64,000 nucleotides of DNA. Source: an uncultured virus (IMG/VR IMGVR_UViG_3300025530_000290) (lineage: Duplodnaviria; Heunggongvirae; Uroviricota; Caudoviricetes). The stretch is from IMG/VR virus record IMGVR_UViG_3300025530_000290; one strand, 5' to 3'. Positions 56,801 through 64,000 of this stretch are shown here, in pieces. Every line of letters starts with the position of its first letter. Within the stretch, counting starts at the first letter, position 1. The position numbers were made by a program, and so were the translations under genes. The notes beneath the pieces are model-generated. The model searched no databases. It was given only the letters and a program-made list of their open reading frames with translations, and had not been told where the DNA came from.

Positions 56801-59322
56801 GCCGCGGTCTGGATCCCCGACCACACCGCGGCCGCACCCTTGCCGATCCCCCGGGCCGCGGCAGCAATACCGCGGGCGGCCAGGCTGACCCCCTTGGCCG
56901 CCAGCGACGCCGCCTTCGACAGCCCCGACCAGACCGTCTGAGCGATCTGAATCGCCCGGCGCACACCGTCGACCGTGGTCTTGATGATCTTCCACGTTTT
57001 GAACGCGGCGACCACGCCGAGCACGGCGAGGGTGAACGCCCGCAGCGTCTCCGGCGACAAACTGGCCAGCCAGCCCGTAATGCTCTTGACGATGTCGAGC
57101 GCGGTCGCGCCGTCCCCAGCCAGCCCCGACAGCAGATTCGTCAGGACCGTCCAAATGTCCTTGAAGATCCCGATGACCGTCGGGGCGGTCTGCCGGACAT
57201 AGTCCATGAAGGCCTTGAAACCCTCGGACTTCCCGAGATCCTGGCCCCACTTAGCGAAAGCCGCGGTCGCCTGCTCCAGCCCGCCGACGAACGTCGGCAC
57301 AAACGGCAGAAACGCCCGGATGAGCCCGGCGATACCGGTCGTGATGTTCCCTATGCTCTTGCCGAGCCCGGTCACAGCGTCGGGCGCCTGGGCGGACAGG
57401 TCCCGGAAAAACCCCTGCCAAAAGTCACCGCCGAGCGCACGCCCCGCACTCTTCTCGAGCTCGACGAGCGCGCCGGCCGTGCCCTGCACCAGCGGCGTCA
57501 ACGGCTTGAACGCCTTCTGCAGCAGACCCAGCGCACCGGTGATCGCCGGCAGCACGCTCGGCGCCAGCGCCTTCTGGAAATCCTCGTAGGCGTCCTTGAA
57601 CGCCTTGATCTGCTCGGCGGCCGCGCGCTCCGCCGGCGTCAAGGCGCGGGTCTTCTCCGTCGCCTTCGCCTGAGCGGCAGCCGCCGCCTGCGCGGCACGC
57701 GCGGCCGCCGCGGCCTGCGCCTTGGCCTGCTCCCGCTCCCGGATCTTCTGGATCTTCTCCTGAAGCTTTTGGATCTGCTGCTGCCGCTTCAGCGCCTCGA
57801 GCGCACGCTTGGCGTCGTCAACGCGTTCCTCGGCCTGCCGGACCGCCTTCCGCGCCTCCGCCACACGACGGGCGGCCTCCTCACCCGCCTTCCCGGCGTC
57901 CTCGTACGCCTTCGCAAGCGCCTTCTCCTGGTCGAGCACCCGCTGGCTGGCCTGCTCGAGCCGCTCCTTGGCGGCGACAACGGCGTCCTGGCCCTCAACC
58001 CCCTTGGCCTGCTGCTCCTGCAGCTCCTGCTCCTGGACCTGCAGCTCCTCGATCCGCAATTTGATCCGCTCGTAGGCGATCTCGGCCCGCTCGATCGCCT
58101 CCGGGTCGCCCTTCTCGCGGGCCTTGGCCAGCTCCGCCTCGGCCTCCCGCAGGTCCAACGCCGCTTCACGCTGATCGAGCGCGTTGCCGCGGAGACTGCG
58201 CCCCAGGTCGGCGAGGGTTTTGATCGCCTGCTGCCTGGCCCTGTTCAAGTCCTCTTGAGCGCGGATCGCTGCCTTCTGCGCGTCCGCCAGCGCACGCTCG
58301 GCCTGCGCCACCCGCTGCGCGGCCGCGGCCTGCGCCTGCGCCGCCGACTGGGCCGCCTGCTTGAGCCTGTCTTTCGCCGCGGCAACCCCGGCAACGGCGT
58401 CTTTGACCCGGTCTTGGGCGTTCCGTAGCTGGTCGGCGGCGTTGGCGGCCTGCAGCTGCCGGATCTGCGCCTGCAGCGACTCAATCGCCAGATTCCGGGT
58501 CGCACCAGCGGCAGCAGTCAGCCCGGACGCGGCCCGCTGCCCGGCCTTCTCCTGCTCCTCCAGCGCCTCATTGATCCGGCCAATGCTGGGGATCGCCACC
58601 GCCGCAAGCCCCGCGAACCCGGCGCCGGCGGCGGCGAGCGGGCCGAGCATCCCGGCGATCCCCGCCGTCAGCGACGCACCGACCGGGATCGCCGCCAAAC
58701 CGGCCAGCGCCATCGACAGCGTCCCGATCGCCGCCAGCGCGCCGGAGATGTCCACATCCACGCGGACGTGCGCCGTCCGGCCATCCAACCCGGACAGCGC
58801 CGTCTCCGCCGCGGCGAGCTGCGCAAGCGCCTGGCCGATGTCCGCACGGACATCAACGGACGCGTCCTTGCCGTCGAGCTGCTCCAGCTCGCGCCGGATC
58901 GCCGCCACCTCGGCCAGCGCGGCCCCGGCATCGATGTCGATGCCGACCGTCTTGCCGGAGAGGGTCTCGATCCGGGCACGAAGCTCCTGGACCTTGCGCT
59001 GCGCCTCGCTCGCGTCGGCGTCGAGCTCGATCTTCGGCAGCGAACGGAACGCCGCCTCAAGCTGGGCTTTCACCCCGCGGGCGAACGCGCCACCGACCTG
59101 CGCACCGTCCTGCCCCGCACGCGCCTGCTCCCGCCGAGCCGCCTCACGCAGCGGCGCATACACATCCCCCAGCTGCGCCTGCACACCCCGGGCGATCTGC
59201 GCACCGACCTCCCGGCCGATCTGCTCCGCACCGGGAACCAGGCTCTTGCGCAGCTCCCGGTGGAAACCCCGCGCGTCCGGGACGACGGGGACGACGACCT
59301 CACCGGCGACGAACTGGGCCAC
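53878..59322 (-). CDS. Tape measure protein with NlpC/P60 peptidoglycan hydrolase domain
   Basis: ~1800 aa Ala-rich; Trp-spaced 40-aa repeats; GKPYQWGGTGPDAFDCSGL...GHV. Confidence 0.92.
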   Translation of the reverse strand: MAQFVAGEVVVPVVPDARGFHRELRKSLVPGAEQIGREVGAQIARGVQAQLGDVYAPLREAARREQARAGQDGAQVGGAFARGVKAQLEAAFRSLPKIELDADASEAQRKVQELRARIETLSGKTVGIDIDAGAALAEVAAIRRELEQLDGKDASVDVRADIGQALAQLAAAETALSGLDGRTAHVRVDVDISGALAAIGTLSMALAGLAAIPVGASLTAGIAGMLGPLAAAGAGFAGLAAVAIPSIGRINEALEEQEKAGQRAASGLTAAAGATRNLAIESLQAQIRQLQAANAADQLRNAQDRVKDAVAGVAAAKDRLKQAAQSAAQAQAAAAQRVAQAERALADAQKAAIRAQEDLNRARQQAIKTLADLGRSLRGNALDQREAALDLREAEAELAKAREKGDPEAIERAEIAYERIKLRIEELQVQEQELQEQQAKGVEGQDAVVAAKERLEQASQRVLDQEKALAKAYEDAGKAGEEAARRVAEARKAVRQAEERVDDAKRALEALKRQQQIQKLQEKIQKIREREQAKAQAAAAARAAQAAAAAQAKATEKTRALTPAERAAAEQIKAFKDAYEDFQKALAPSVLPAITGALGLLQKAFKPLTPLVQGTAGALVELEKSAGRALGGDFWQGFFRDLSAQAPDAVTGLGKSIGNITTGIAGLIRAFLPFVPTFVGGLEQATAAFAKWGQDLGKSEGFKAFMDYVRQTAPTVIGIFKDIWTVLTNLLSGLAGDGATALDIVKSITGWLASLSPETLRAFTLAVLGVVAAFKTWKIIKTTVDGVRRAIQIAQTVWSGLSKAASLAAKGVSLAARGIAAAARGIGKGAAAVWSGIQTAASKAAQVARSAGSAIANAARTAGSVAARGATAAWDGIRTAAQRAGAAARTAGTAIANGARAAAGAAASLGRAALEYGKIAAQAALARARTLAFAATQAVIRGATLAWAAAQKVLNIALKANPIGLIVTAIGLLVAGLVYAWNNSETFRNIVTAAWEAIKTAIKTAWEGFIKPALEALWSFIKDTLGPVFEWIWQNIIVPAWQGIQTAIQTAWNNFIKPALQAIWNFIKNTLGPVFTWIWQNIIVPAWQGIQTAIKAAWENVIKPALQAIWNFIKNTLGPVFTWIWKNIIVPAWDGIKSTITTVWEKFLKPVFDKLYEVIFKTIPDGFKKGVELIRTAWDKVKEAARAPVKFIVDVVYNNGIVKVWNTVADFLKLPKLSTLAFARGGVVPGYTPGKDVALAAVSGGEAIMRPEWTKVVGEEYVHKMNAAARRGGVAGVARALGIAGDPSGFAGAFAEGGIVGDVKKVLAGGIKIGAEKLLNPLLDAAERAMGDSAWGRMLVGIPRKMISEVINFLGEKEMTAGAGKAIAYARAQIGKPYQWGGTGPDAFDCSGLVMRAWQAAGVKDIPRTSQQQMAWVKPVQSPSPGDLGFPHPGHVWLYSSPTTIIEAPYTGAFVREVPARAAQLIGRPPQAFARGGIVGYARGGIRRPRAHITDTPTVLFGEAGPEAFIPLRRDRRSLRVLGQAAAAMGQAVVPASSLAGGGYLEALQAAAFMAAGGVIPPTGSGSAASAAVRQVSATVSQSTGTISATLVKSSEMLREALAEGTTVLTGAVGDAWQRASAGLTSTSQTLSAAWDQAAEATAQSITQVAEAETEAASKLVVATTNLGETVAKATGELQATLVQVAATAGKAAAGAGKTSAKSAAAPVDKIKSSAMLASVRQQQDVVVLVSKNEDIPVRFGHYDQGGWLMPGTSLVYNGTGRPEPVLTDQQWRDLRSGGGPLVQIEEFHATPEQSPFAIAQELRHMLGAQLRMR

Positions 59323-59366
59323 CGGCTCACCCCCTTTCGCAAGGTGAGCCGGGGCCACCCCGGCGA

Positions 59367-59890
59367 CTACCGGACAGGACGAGTAACCAGACCAGGCGGG
59401 GACTGCACCCACATGCCGCGGCCAAGCGGCACCCGCTCCCCGCGGATCCGCGCCAGCACCAGAGCCGTCTGCTCAGGAGTCAGCTGCCGGCGCTTCTTGC
59501 GCTTCTTGGAGGGCACACCCGGCCGCGGGATCGGCTCCGGCGCCTTGACCTTGACGCCGTTGACCCGCTGCAGCACGAACGTGTTGGTGCGCACCGCGTC
59601 GATCAGCGACGCGATCAGCATCTCCGTGTGTGACCACTGACCCTGCGACGGGTCGGCCTCCTCGGCGAGCCGTTTGATCTCGGCGTCGCTCATCGCGTTC
59701 CGCAGCTCGGTCTTGACCGCGGACTCCGGCGGCAGATGCCGGATCAAATTGCCGAGCAGCCGCCACGTCAGCGCCGAGCGGCCGCCGCCTGGGCGCCACA
59801 GATCCCGCACATCCAGCTGGTAGTAGCGCCACAGGTCGGCCTCGACCGCGTCATAGTGCTCGCCGAGCAGGCGGGCCAGGCCGGCTATTC
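59367..59890 (-). CDS. Tail assembly chaperone, frameshifted C-terminal part (gpT-like)
   Basis: -1 frame reads GIAGLARLLGEHYDAVEADLWRYYQLDVRDLWRPG... Confidence 0.8.
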
Positions 59891-60199
59891 CCCCCGGCCG
59901 ACCCCCTGGTAGTGGCGGGTGGCGGCCTCGATCAGCGCGTTGATGTCAGCGCTGCTGATGCCGCGGATCTTGGCGAACTCCTCGTAATCGTCGCCGAGGA
60001 GCTCGCGCATGAACTCGCGCAGGTCACCCTCGCCCCTGCCGAGCGCCGCGGTGACCTGCCAGTCGGCCTCGGTCGGGTCCCTCATCGTGAAAATCTTGCC
60101 GTCCACATCGAACGTGAACGGCTCCTTCTTGGCCTCCTGCGCACGCCGGCGAAGCGAGAACAGGCTGACCGGCTCCTGGGCGATCTTGTTGGTAGTCAT
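59885..60199 (-). CDS. Tail assembly chaperone (gpG-like)
   Basis: Between major tail and TMP; ends CGG GGG GAA TAG. Confidence 0.85.
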   Translation of the reverse strand: MTTNKIAQEPVSLFSLRRRAQEAKKEPFTFDVDGKIFTMRDPTEADWQVTAALGRGEGDLREFMRELLGDDYEEFAKIRGISSADINALIEAATRHYQGVGRGE

Positions 60200-60783
60200 C
60201 AGGACAGGTGATCCTCCACCTGAGGCGCAAAGTAGCTGTGGTAGACCAGGTTCCCGGCCGAGTCGGGGTAGGTGGAGATCGTCCACTCGTACCCGACCAT
60301 CTCACCCTGCTGGTAGGTCACCTCGCCACGCTCGGTGATCTCACCCTCGGGGATGTAGAAACGCTCCCACACCTGGCCGTCATACACGTCGATCAGCCAG
60401 CTGCGGCGGTCCGGCTCCGCCGTGCCGGACTCGGCGTACCGGACGATCCCGTCCAGATCCGGCTGCAGGTCATCCACCTCGAGCCGGTTCTGCAGGGCCC
60501 GCACGATCGGGCGATTGATCTCCCACGCCGTGAAGCTGAAAGTCCGCACCGAGCTCGTCACAACCGTGCGGAAAGGCGAGGTCAGACCCCACGGAGTGAA
60601 CTGCTCGGTGTCCTCCTCAACACCATTCGTCAGACCATCAGTGGAGATCGCGCCGATGGCCAGCCACGGCGCAGGCGGCTGCTCCTCGGGGTCCGACGGC
60701 TGCGCCGTACCCAGCGGCGCCACCCAGACACCGCCGTTGGTGCCGACCACCGCGAGCTTGGCGTCCCGGTAGATAGTGGGCAT
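60199..60783 (-). CDS. Major tail protein
   Basis: GGVWVAPLGT...GAISTDG...GEITERGEVTY...GYEWTISTYPD. Confidence 0.88.
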   Translation of the reverse strand: MPTIYRDAKLAVVGTNGGVWVAPLGTAQPSDPEEQPPAPWLAIGAISTDGLTNGVEEDTEQFTPWGLTSPFRTVVTSSVRTFSFTAWEINRPIVRALQNRLEVDDLQPDLDGIVRYAESGTAEPDRRSWLIDVYDGQVWERFYIPEGEITERGEVTYQQGEMVGYEWTISTYPDSAGNLVYHSYFAPQVEDHLS

Positions 60784-60862
60784 GATGTGCTCCTCACATG
60801 CTGGGGCAGCAAAAAGCCCCCGCGACCGGCGGCCCCGGGGGGCGAACAGGAAAAAAGTGCTG

Positions 60863-61246
60863 CTAGACGGGGTGCACCACCAGGCTGTAGCTCGCCTCGT
60901 AGCGGCGCAGAGCCGGGTTGTCGTACGGCACCCGGTGCGGCCGCACCGACGTGCGCACCCGGTTGACCGACACCCCGTCGTAGACCGATTCGGCCAGCTG
61001 CTCATGCAGCAGCCAGTGGATCCGGCCGGCCCAGTCGGCCGCCTCCACCGTCGTGGCCGCGAATACGCTGATGTCCACGCTGGGCTCATCCCGGCGGTAC
61101 CCGTCATGGTCGCCGCCTGTGCCGGTCACCTGCACAAACGGCACCCGCGACTCCAGATCCGCCGGTGTCTCCGTGCTCGCCGGCAGCCTGACCACATCCG
61201 TGACCCAGGCCACCATCAGCGCCTCAATATCAACCACGACGCTCAT
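60863..61246 (-). CDS. Tail terminator
   Basis: DIEALMVAW...PFVQVTGTGG...DISVFA...RRYEASY. Confidence 0.8.
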   Translation of the reverse strand: MSVVVDIEALMVAWVTDVVRLPASTETPADLESRVPFVQVTGTGGDHDGYRRDEPSVDISVFAATTVEAADWAGRIHWLLHEQLAESVYDGVSVNRVRTSVRPHRVPYDNPALRRYEASYSLVVHPV

Positions 61247-61560
61247 AGGGCACTCTCCGCGGCCCGGCCCATCACCCTGTAGCGGGGCGTACGGCTCGTG
61301 CCCCACTCCACATACGGCGCCGCCACATCGTCGTTGATCACCAAGGCCACGGCGCGCGGCCGCGGACCCTCCCGCACACCGACCTCGACACGGAACGACC
61401 GGGCGTACTCGCCGGTGTCCACCGGCGCCAGCTCGCGGGCGCGGCGCGCGACCCGCTCGGCACGCTGCCGCATCTCCTCCTGCATCTGCCGGGAGGCCAG
61501 GACACGGCCAAAACCGCGGATGTCCGGCCGATACCGTGCACGAGCCGCCGCCACCGCCAT
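61243..61560 (-). CDS. HK97 gp10-like neck protein
   Basis: APVDTGEYARS...APYVEWGT...MGRA. Confidence 0.82.
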   Translation of the reverse strand: MAVAAARARYRPDIRGFGRVLASRQMQEEMRQRAERVARRARELAPVDTGEYARSFRVEVGVREGPRPRAVALVINDDVAAPYVEWGTSRTPRYRVMGRAAESAL

Positions 61561-61584
61561 CCCCTCCCTCAAGGACGCGCTGCG

Positions 61585-61911
61585 CTAGCCGGTGACCTTC
61601 ACCCCGCGGGCCAGCACACCGGCCCGCCACCCGGTAAACGGCGAGCTCCACTGCTCCGGTGTGCCGTCCACCTCATACAGCTCGCCGCGGACCCGCATCC
61701 GCGACACCGCCGAGAGATCCGTCCCATACGGGAACGAGACGTTGATCCGGTCGGTGACCGTGTCCCGCGCCTCGGTCTGCTCGCTGCTCCCGCTCGGCCA
61801 GACGATGCAGCCCGCCACGTCCCGCTCAGCCCACGTCCAGATCTCGTTGCCGTGGGCGTCGCGCCCGGCCGGCGAGCGGGTCAGCACCGTCACGGTCTCA
61901 CCCCTGGTCAT
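61585..61911 (-). CDS. Head-to-tail stopper/closure protein
   Basis: GETVTVL...DAHGN...VRGELYEVDGTP..WSSPFTG. Confidence 0.8.
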   Translation of the reverse strand: MTRGETVTVLTRSPAGRDAHGNEIWTWAERDVAGCIVWPSGSSEQTEARDTVTDRINVSFPYGTDLSAVSRMRVRGELYEVDGTPEQWSSPFTGWRAGVLARGVKVTG

Positions 61912-62897
61912 CGCCGGCCCAGCCTCTCGACCGCCTCAACCCACCGCGCCAGGTCCGCGGCAGGGTCGAGCTGACGCACCCGGGCCTTAGCCTGCTTCGA
62001 CGCGGCCTGCCACGCCTCCGCGTCGTCGAGCGCGGTGAGCGCCGCCACCCAGCCGTCCAGGTCATCACGCTCGACGAAAATCCCGGCCTCACCGAGGGAC
62101 TCGCACAGGCCCGGGGTGGGGGTGGCCACGACCGGGATACCGGAGGCCATCGCCTCCACCCCGACCCGACCCCACGACTCATACTCGCTCGGCATGATCA
62201 GCACACGGGTGCGCGCATACACCCGCTCGGCCATCTGCGCCGGCGGCACATGCTCGACCACCTCAACATTCGGCGCCTGCCCGACGATCTGCTCACCGTA
62301 GGCGCCCTTGACGGCGAGGAACCGGTGGTTCGGCATGCGCTCGGCGAGCCGCCACAGCACATCCCCGCCCTTGGGCTTGTGCAGGTTGACCAGCGTGATG
62401 TGGTCGCCGGGGGTGGTGCGGTAGTCGGCTGCGCGCACCGGCGGCCGGACCACCACACTCGCCAGCGGACGCGCGGCCTTAGGGTTCTCCGCGAACCATC
62501 GCTCGGCTTCCGCCGCCATCCACTGGCTGTTGTAGACCGCCAGCGCGGTCGTGCCAGACCCGACCGCGGAGAAGGTGGCGGGGAAAGTGTTGTGGCACAA
62601 CACCACCAGCGGGCGGCCCCAGCCGCGCGCGGCCGCCGCCGCTGCCCGCACGTTCTCCAGATGCGAGACCACCACATCGCTATCCCGCGCCAAGCGCAGG
62701 AAATCCTGCCGCGCCTTGACCGGGATCACCTCGACCCCGTCCACCCGGTACGGCTCGCGCCGCCCGTTGTGCTGGGACAGCCACACCCGCACCTGGTGGC
62801 CACGCGCCACCAGCTCACGCAGGAGCGTGTGCGCCATCACCTCCGCCCCGCCGCCGTGCTCCGGCACGTAGGCGTGGAACCGCGCCAAAACCCGCAT
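61908..62897 (-). CDS. GT4 family glycosyltransferase
   Basis: GGGAE, KGG, MPSEYESWGRVGVEAMASGIPVV. Confidence 0.9.
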   Translation of the reverse strand: MRVLARFHAYVPEHGGGAEVMAHTLLRELVARGHQVRVWLSQHNGRREPYRVDGVEVIPVKARQDFLRLARDSDVVVSHLENVRAAAAAARGWGRPLVVLCHNTFPATFSAVGSGTTALAVYNSQWMAAEAERWFAENPKAARPLASVVVRPPVRAADYRTTPGDHITLVNLHKPKGGDVLWRLAERMPNHRFLAVKGAYGEQIVGQAPNVEVVEHVPPAQMAERVYARTRVLIMPSEYESWGRVGVEAMASGIPVVATPTPGLCESLGEAGIFVERDDLDGWVAALTALDDAEAWQAASKQAKARVRQLDPAADLARWVEAVERLGRR

Positions 62898-63515
62898 CTA
62901 GATCCTCACTGTGATCGTGCCGGTGGTCGTCCGGTACCGGTCCAGCACCCGCCGCTCGGCATCCGTCAACGTCACCGCCAGCCCCTGACCGGGCGTCTCC
63001 GACCGGTAGCTGTAGGGGCCCACCGTCTCGCTCGTCACCCCGCCGACCATCGCCGGGGAGGTCAGCGTGCGCAGCGTCATCTGGCACGCCACCGCCACCA
63101 CATCCGGCGGCACCTGCGCATACCCGTGCGTGTAGGTCACCCGGTAGGTGCCGGGGAAGCCGTCATCGTCCCACCAGATCTCCGGCAGGTTGATGATCCA
63201 ATTGCCCTCGCCGAGCCGGATCTGGTCGATCCCGTCGAACAGCCAGTCGGCGAGCGTGATGTCGGGGGCGCCGCTGACGCCGATCGCCTCCACCCGCTTG
63301 ACCTCGATCACGGGCCGCTGCGGCAGCCGGAGCGTCCCCCCGGTCGCGCGCAGCACCACCGTGTCATCCACAGCCTGGGTGAAATCGCGGCCGGTATAGC
63401 CCCGGATCAGCGCAGAGGCGTCCGCCAGCAGCGCGCACACCCGCACCCGCTCATCGTCGGTCAGGTCCCGGCCGAGCCGCGCGACCAGGTCGGCCTCAGT
63501 CGCCAGACTCTCCAC
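62898..63515 (-). CDS. Head-to-tail adaptor
   Basis: LATEADLVARLGRDLT...LLADASALIR...YTHGY..VPPDV...SETVGPYSY. Confidence 0.82.
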   Translation of the reverse strand: MESLATEADLVARLGRDLTDDERVRVCALLADASALIRGYTGRDFTQAVDDTVVLRATGGTLRLPQRPVIEVKRVEAIGVSGAPDITLADWLFDGIDQIRLGEGNWIINLPEIWWDDDGFPGTYRVTYTHGYAQVPPDVVAVACQMTLRTLTSPAMVGGVTSETVGPYSYRSETPGQGLAVTLTDAERRVLDRYRTTTGTITVRI

Positions 63516-63530
63516 CGGACACCCCCCCTT

Positions 63531-64000
63531 TTAGTGCGTCAGCCGGGCGAGCATGCGCATCCGGTCACGCTGCGCCGCGACCATCTCCGCGGCCGCCACC
63601 CACCGCTCCAGATCCGGCGCCGGATCCAGCTCCGCCGACCGCGCCTTCGCCTTCTTGGAGGCGGTGCCGTAGGCGCGCGGCGTCAGCAGCCGGCGGATCT
63701 CCCGCTCCCAGCCGTCCAAATCGTCGCGGTCCACAAAGATCCCGGCCTCACCGAGGGACTCGCACAGGCCCGGGGTGGGGTGCGCGATCACCGGGATACC
63801 GGAGGCCATCGCCTCCACCCCGACCCGCCCCCACGACTCATACTCCGACGGCATGAGCAGGATCTTGGTGCGGGCATACACCTCATCCCGCATCCGCTGG
63901 CCCGGCACGTTCGGCACGACCTCCACGTTCGGCAGCTCCCGCACGTCCTGCGGGCCGTAGCCGCCGATCACCGCCAAAAACTTCACGTCCGGCATCCGCT
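63531..64000 (-). CDS. GT4 family glycosyltransferase (5' part outside the window)
   Basis: MPSEYESWGRVGVEAMASGIPVIAHPTPGLCESLGEAG. Confidence 0.88.
   Translation of the reverse strand, partial: RMPDVKFLAVIGGYGPQDVRELPNVEVVPNVPGQRMRDEVYARTKILLMPSEYESWGRVGVEAMASGIPVIAHPTPGLCESLGEAGIFVDRDDLDGWEREIRRLLTPRAYGTASKKAKARSAELDPAPDLERWVAAAEMVAAQRDRMRMLARLTH

Larger units (their letters stand above)
1..64000. mobile_element. Temperate actinobacteriophage (siphovirus) genome segment with large accessory cargo
   Basis: Ordered head-tail, tail, lysis, att/int/repressor and replication modules; no host housekeeping genes recognised. Confidence 0.9.

Noticed and set aside
55534..58428. Long plus-strand ORFs (e.g. 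964 aa) opposite tail genes
   Set aside because: Antisense shadows of high-GC coding sequence; the same applies to most overlapping Arg/Pro-rich ORFs in the track

Overview
High-GC actinobacterial temperate siphovirus, apparently in its non-integrated arrangement. On the minus strand, from right to left: head-tail joining genes interleaved with two GT4 glycosyltransferases, then tail genes (major tail, frameshifted chaperones, tape measure with NlpC/P60, Dit, minor tails) and lysis genes (CHAP endolysin, holin). A ~23 kb accessory region follows (21.9-45.3 kb), then attP-like DNA, a tyrosine integrase, a repressor/Cro switch and a long early/replication operon (Cas4-like exonuclease, RuvC, Lsr2-like, DnaN, WhiB, HNH, Rep). 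The accessory region is the unusual part. It carries (i) a plasmid/AICE-type conjugation module (GntR regulator, membrane proteins, FtsK/TraB, dense CGACC repeat tracts); (ii) a type IV-B-like CRISPR-Cas effector operon (csf1, cas11, csf2, csf3, cysH-like) with no visible array, but headed by a type I-E-like cas6 and followed by a glycosyltransferase and a small wHTH-like gene; (iii) directly downstream, an acr-aca2-like operon with an operator-containing promoter; (iv) an XRE/GRDP-like/kinase cluster; and (v) a tnpA-less IS605-family TnpB element. All family calls come from motif recognition by eye; no database search was run.
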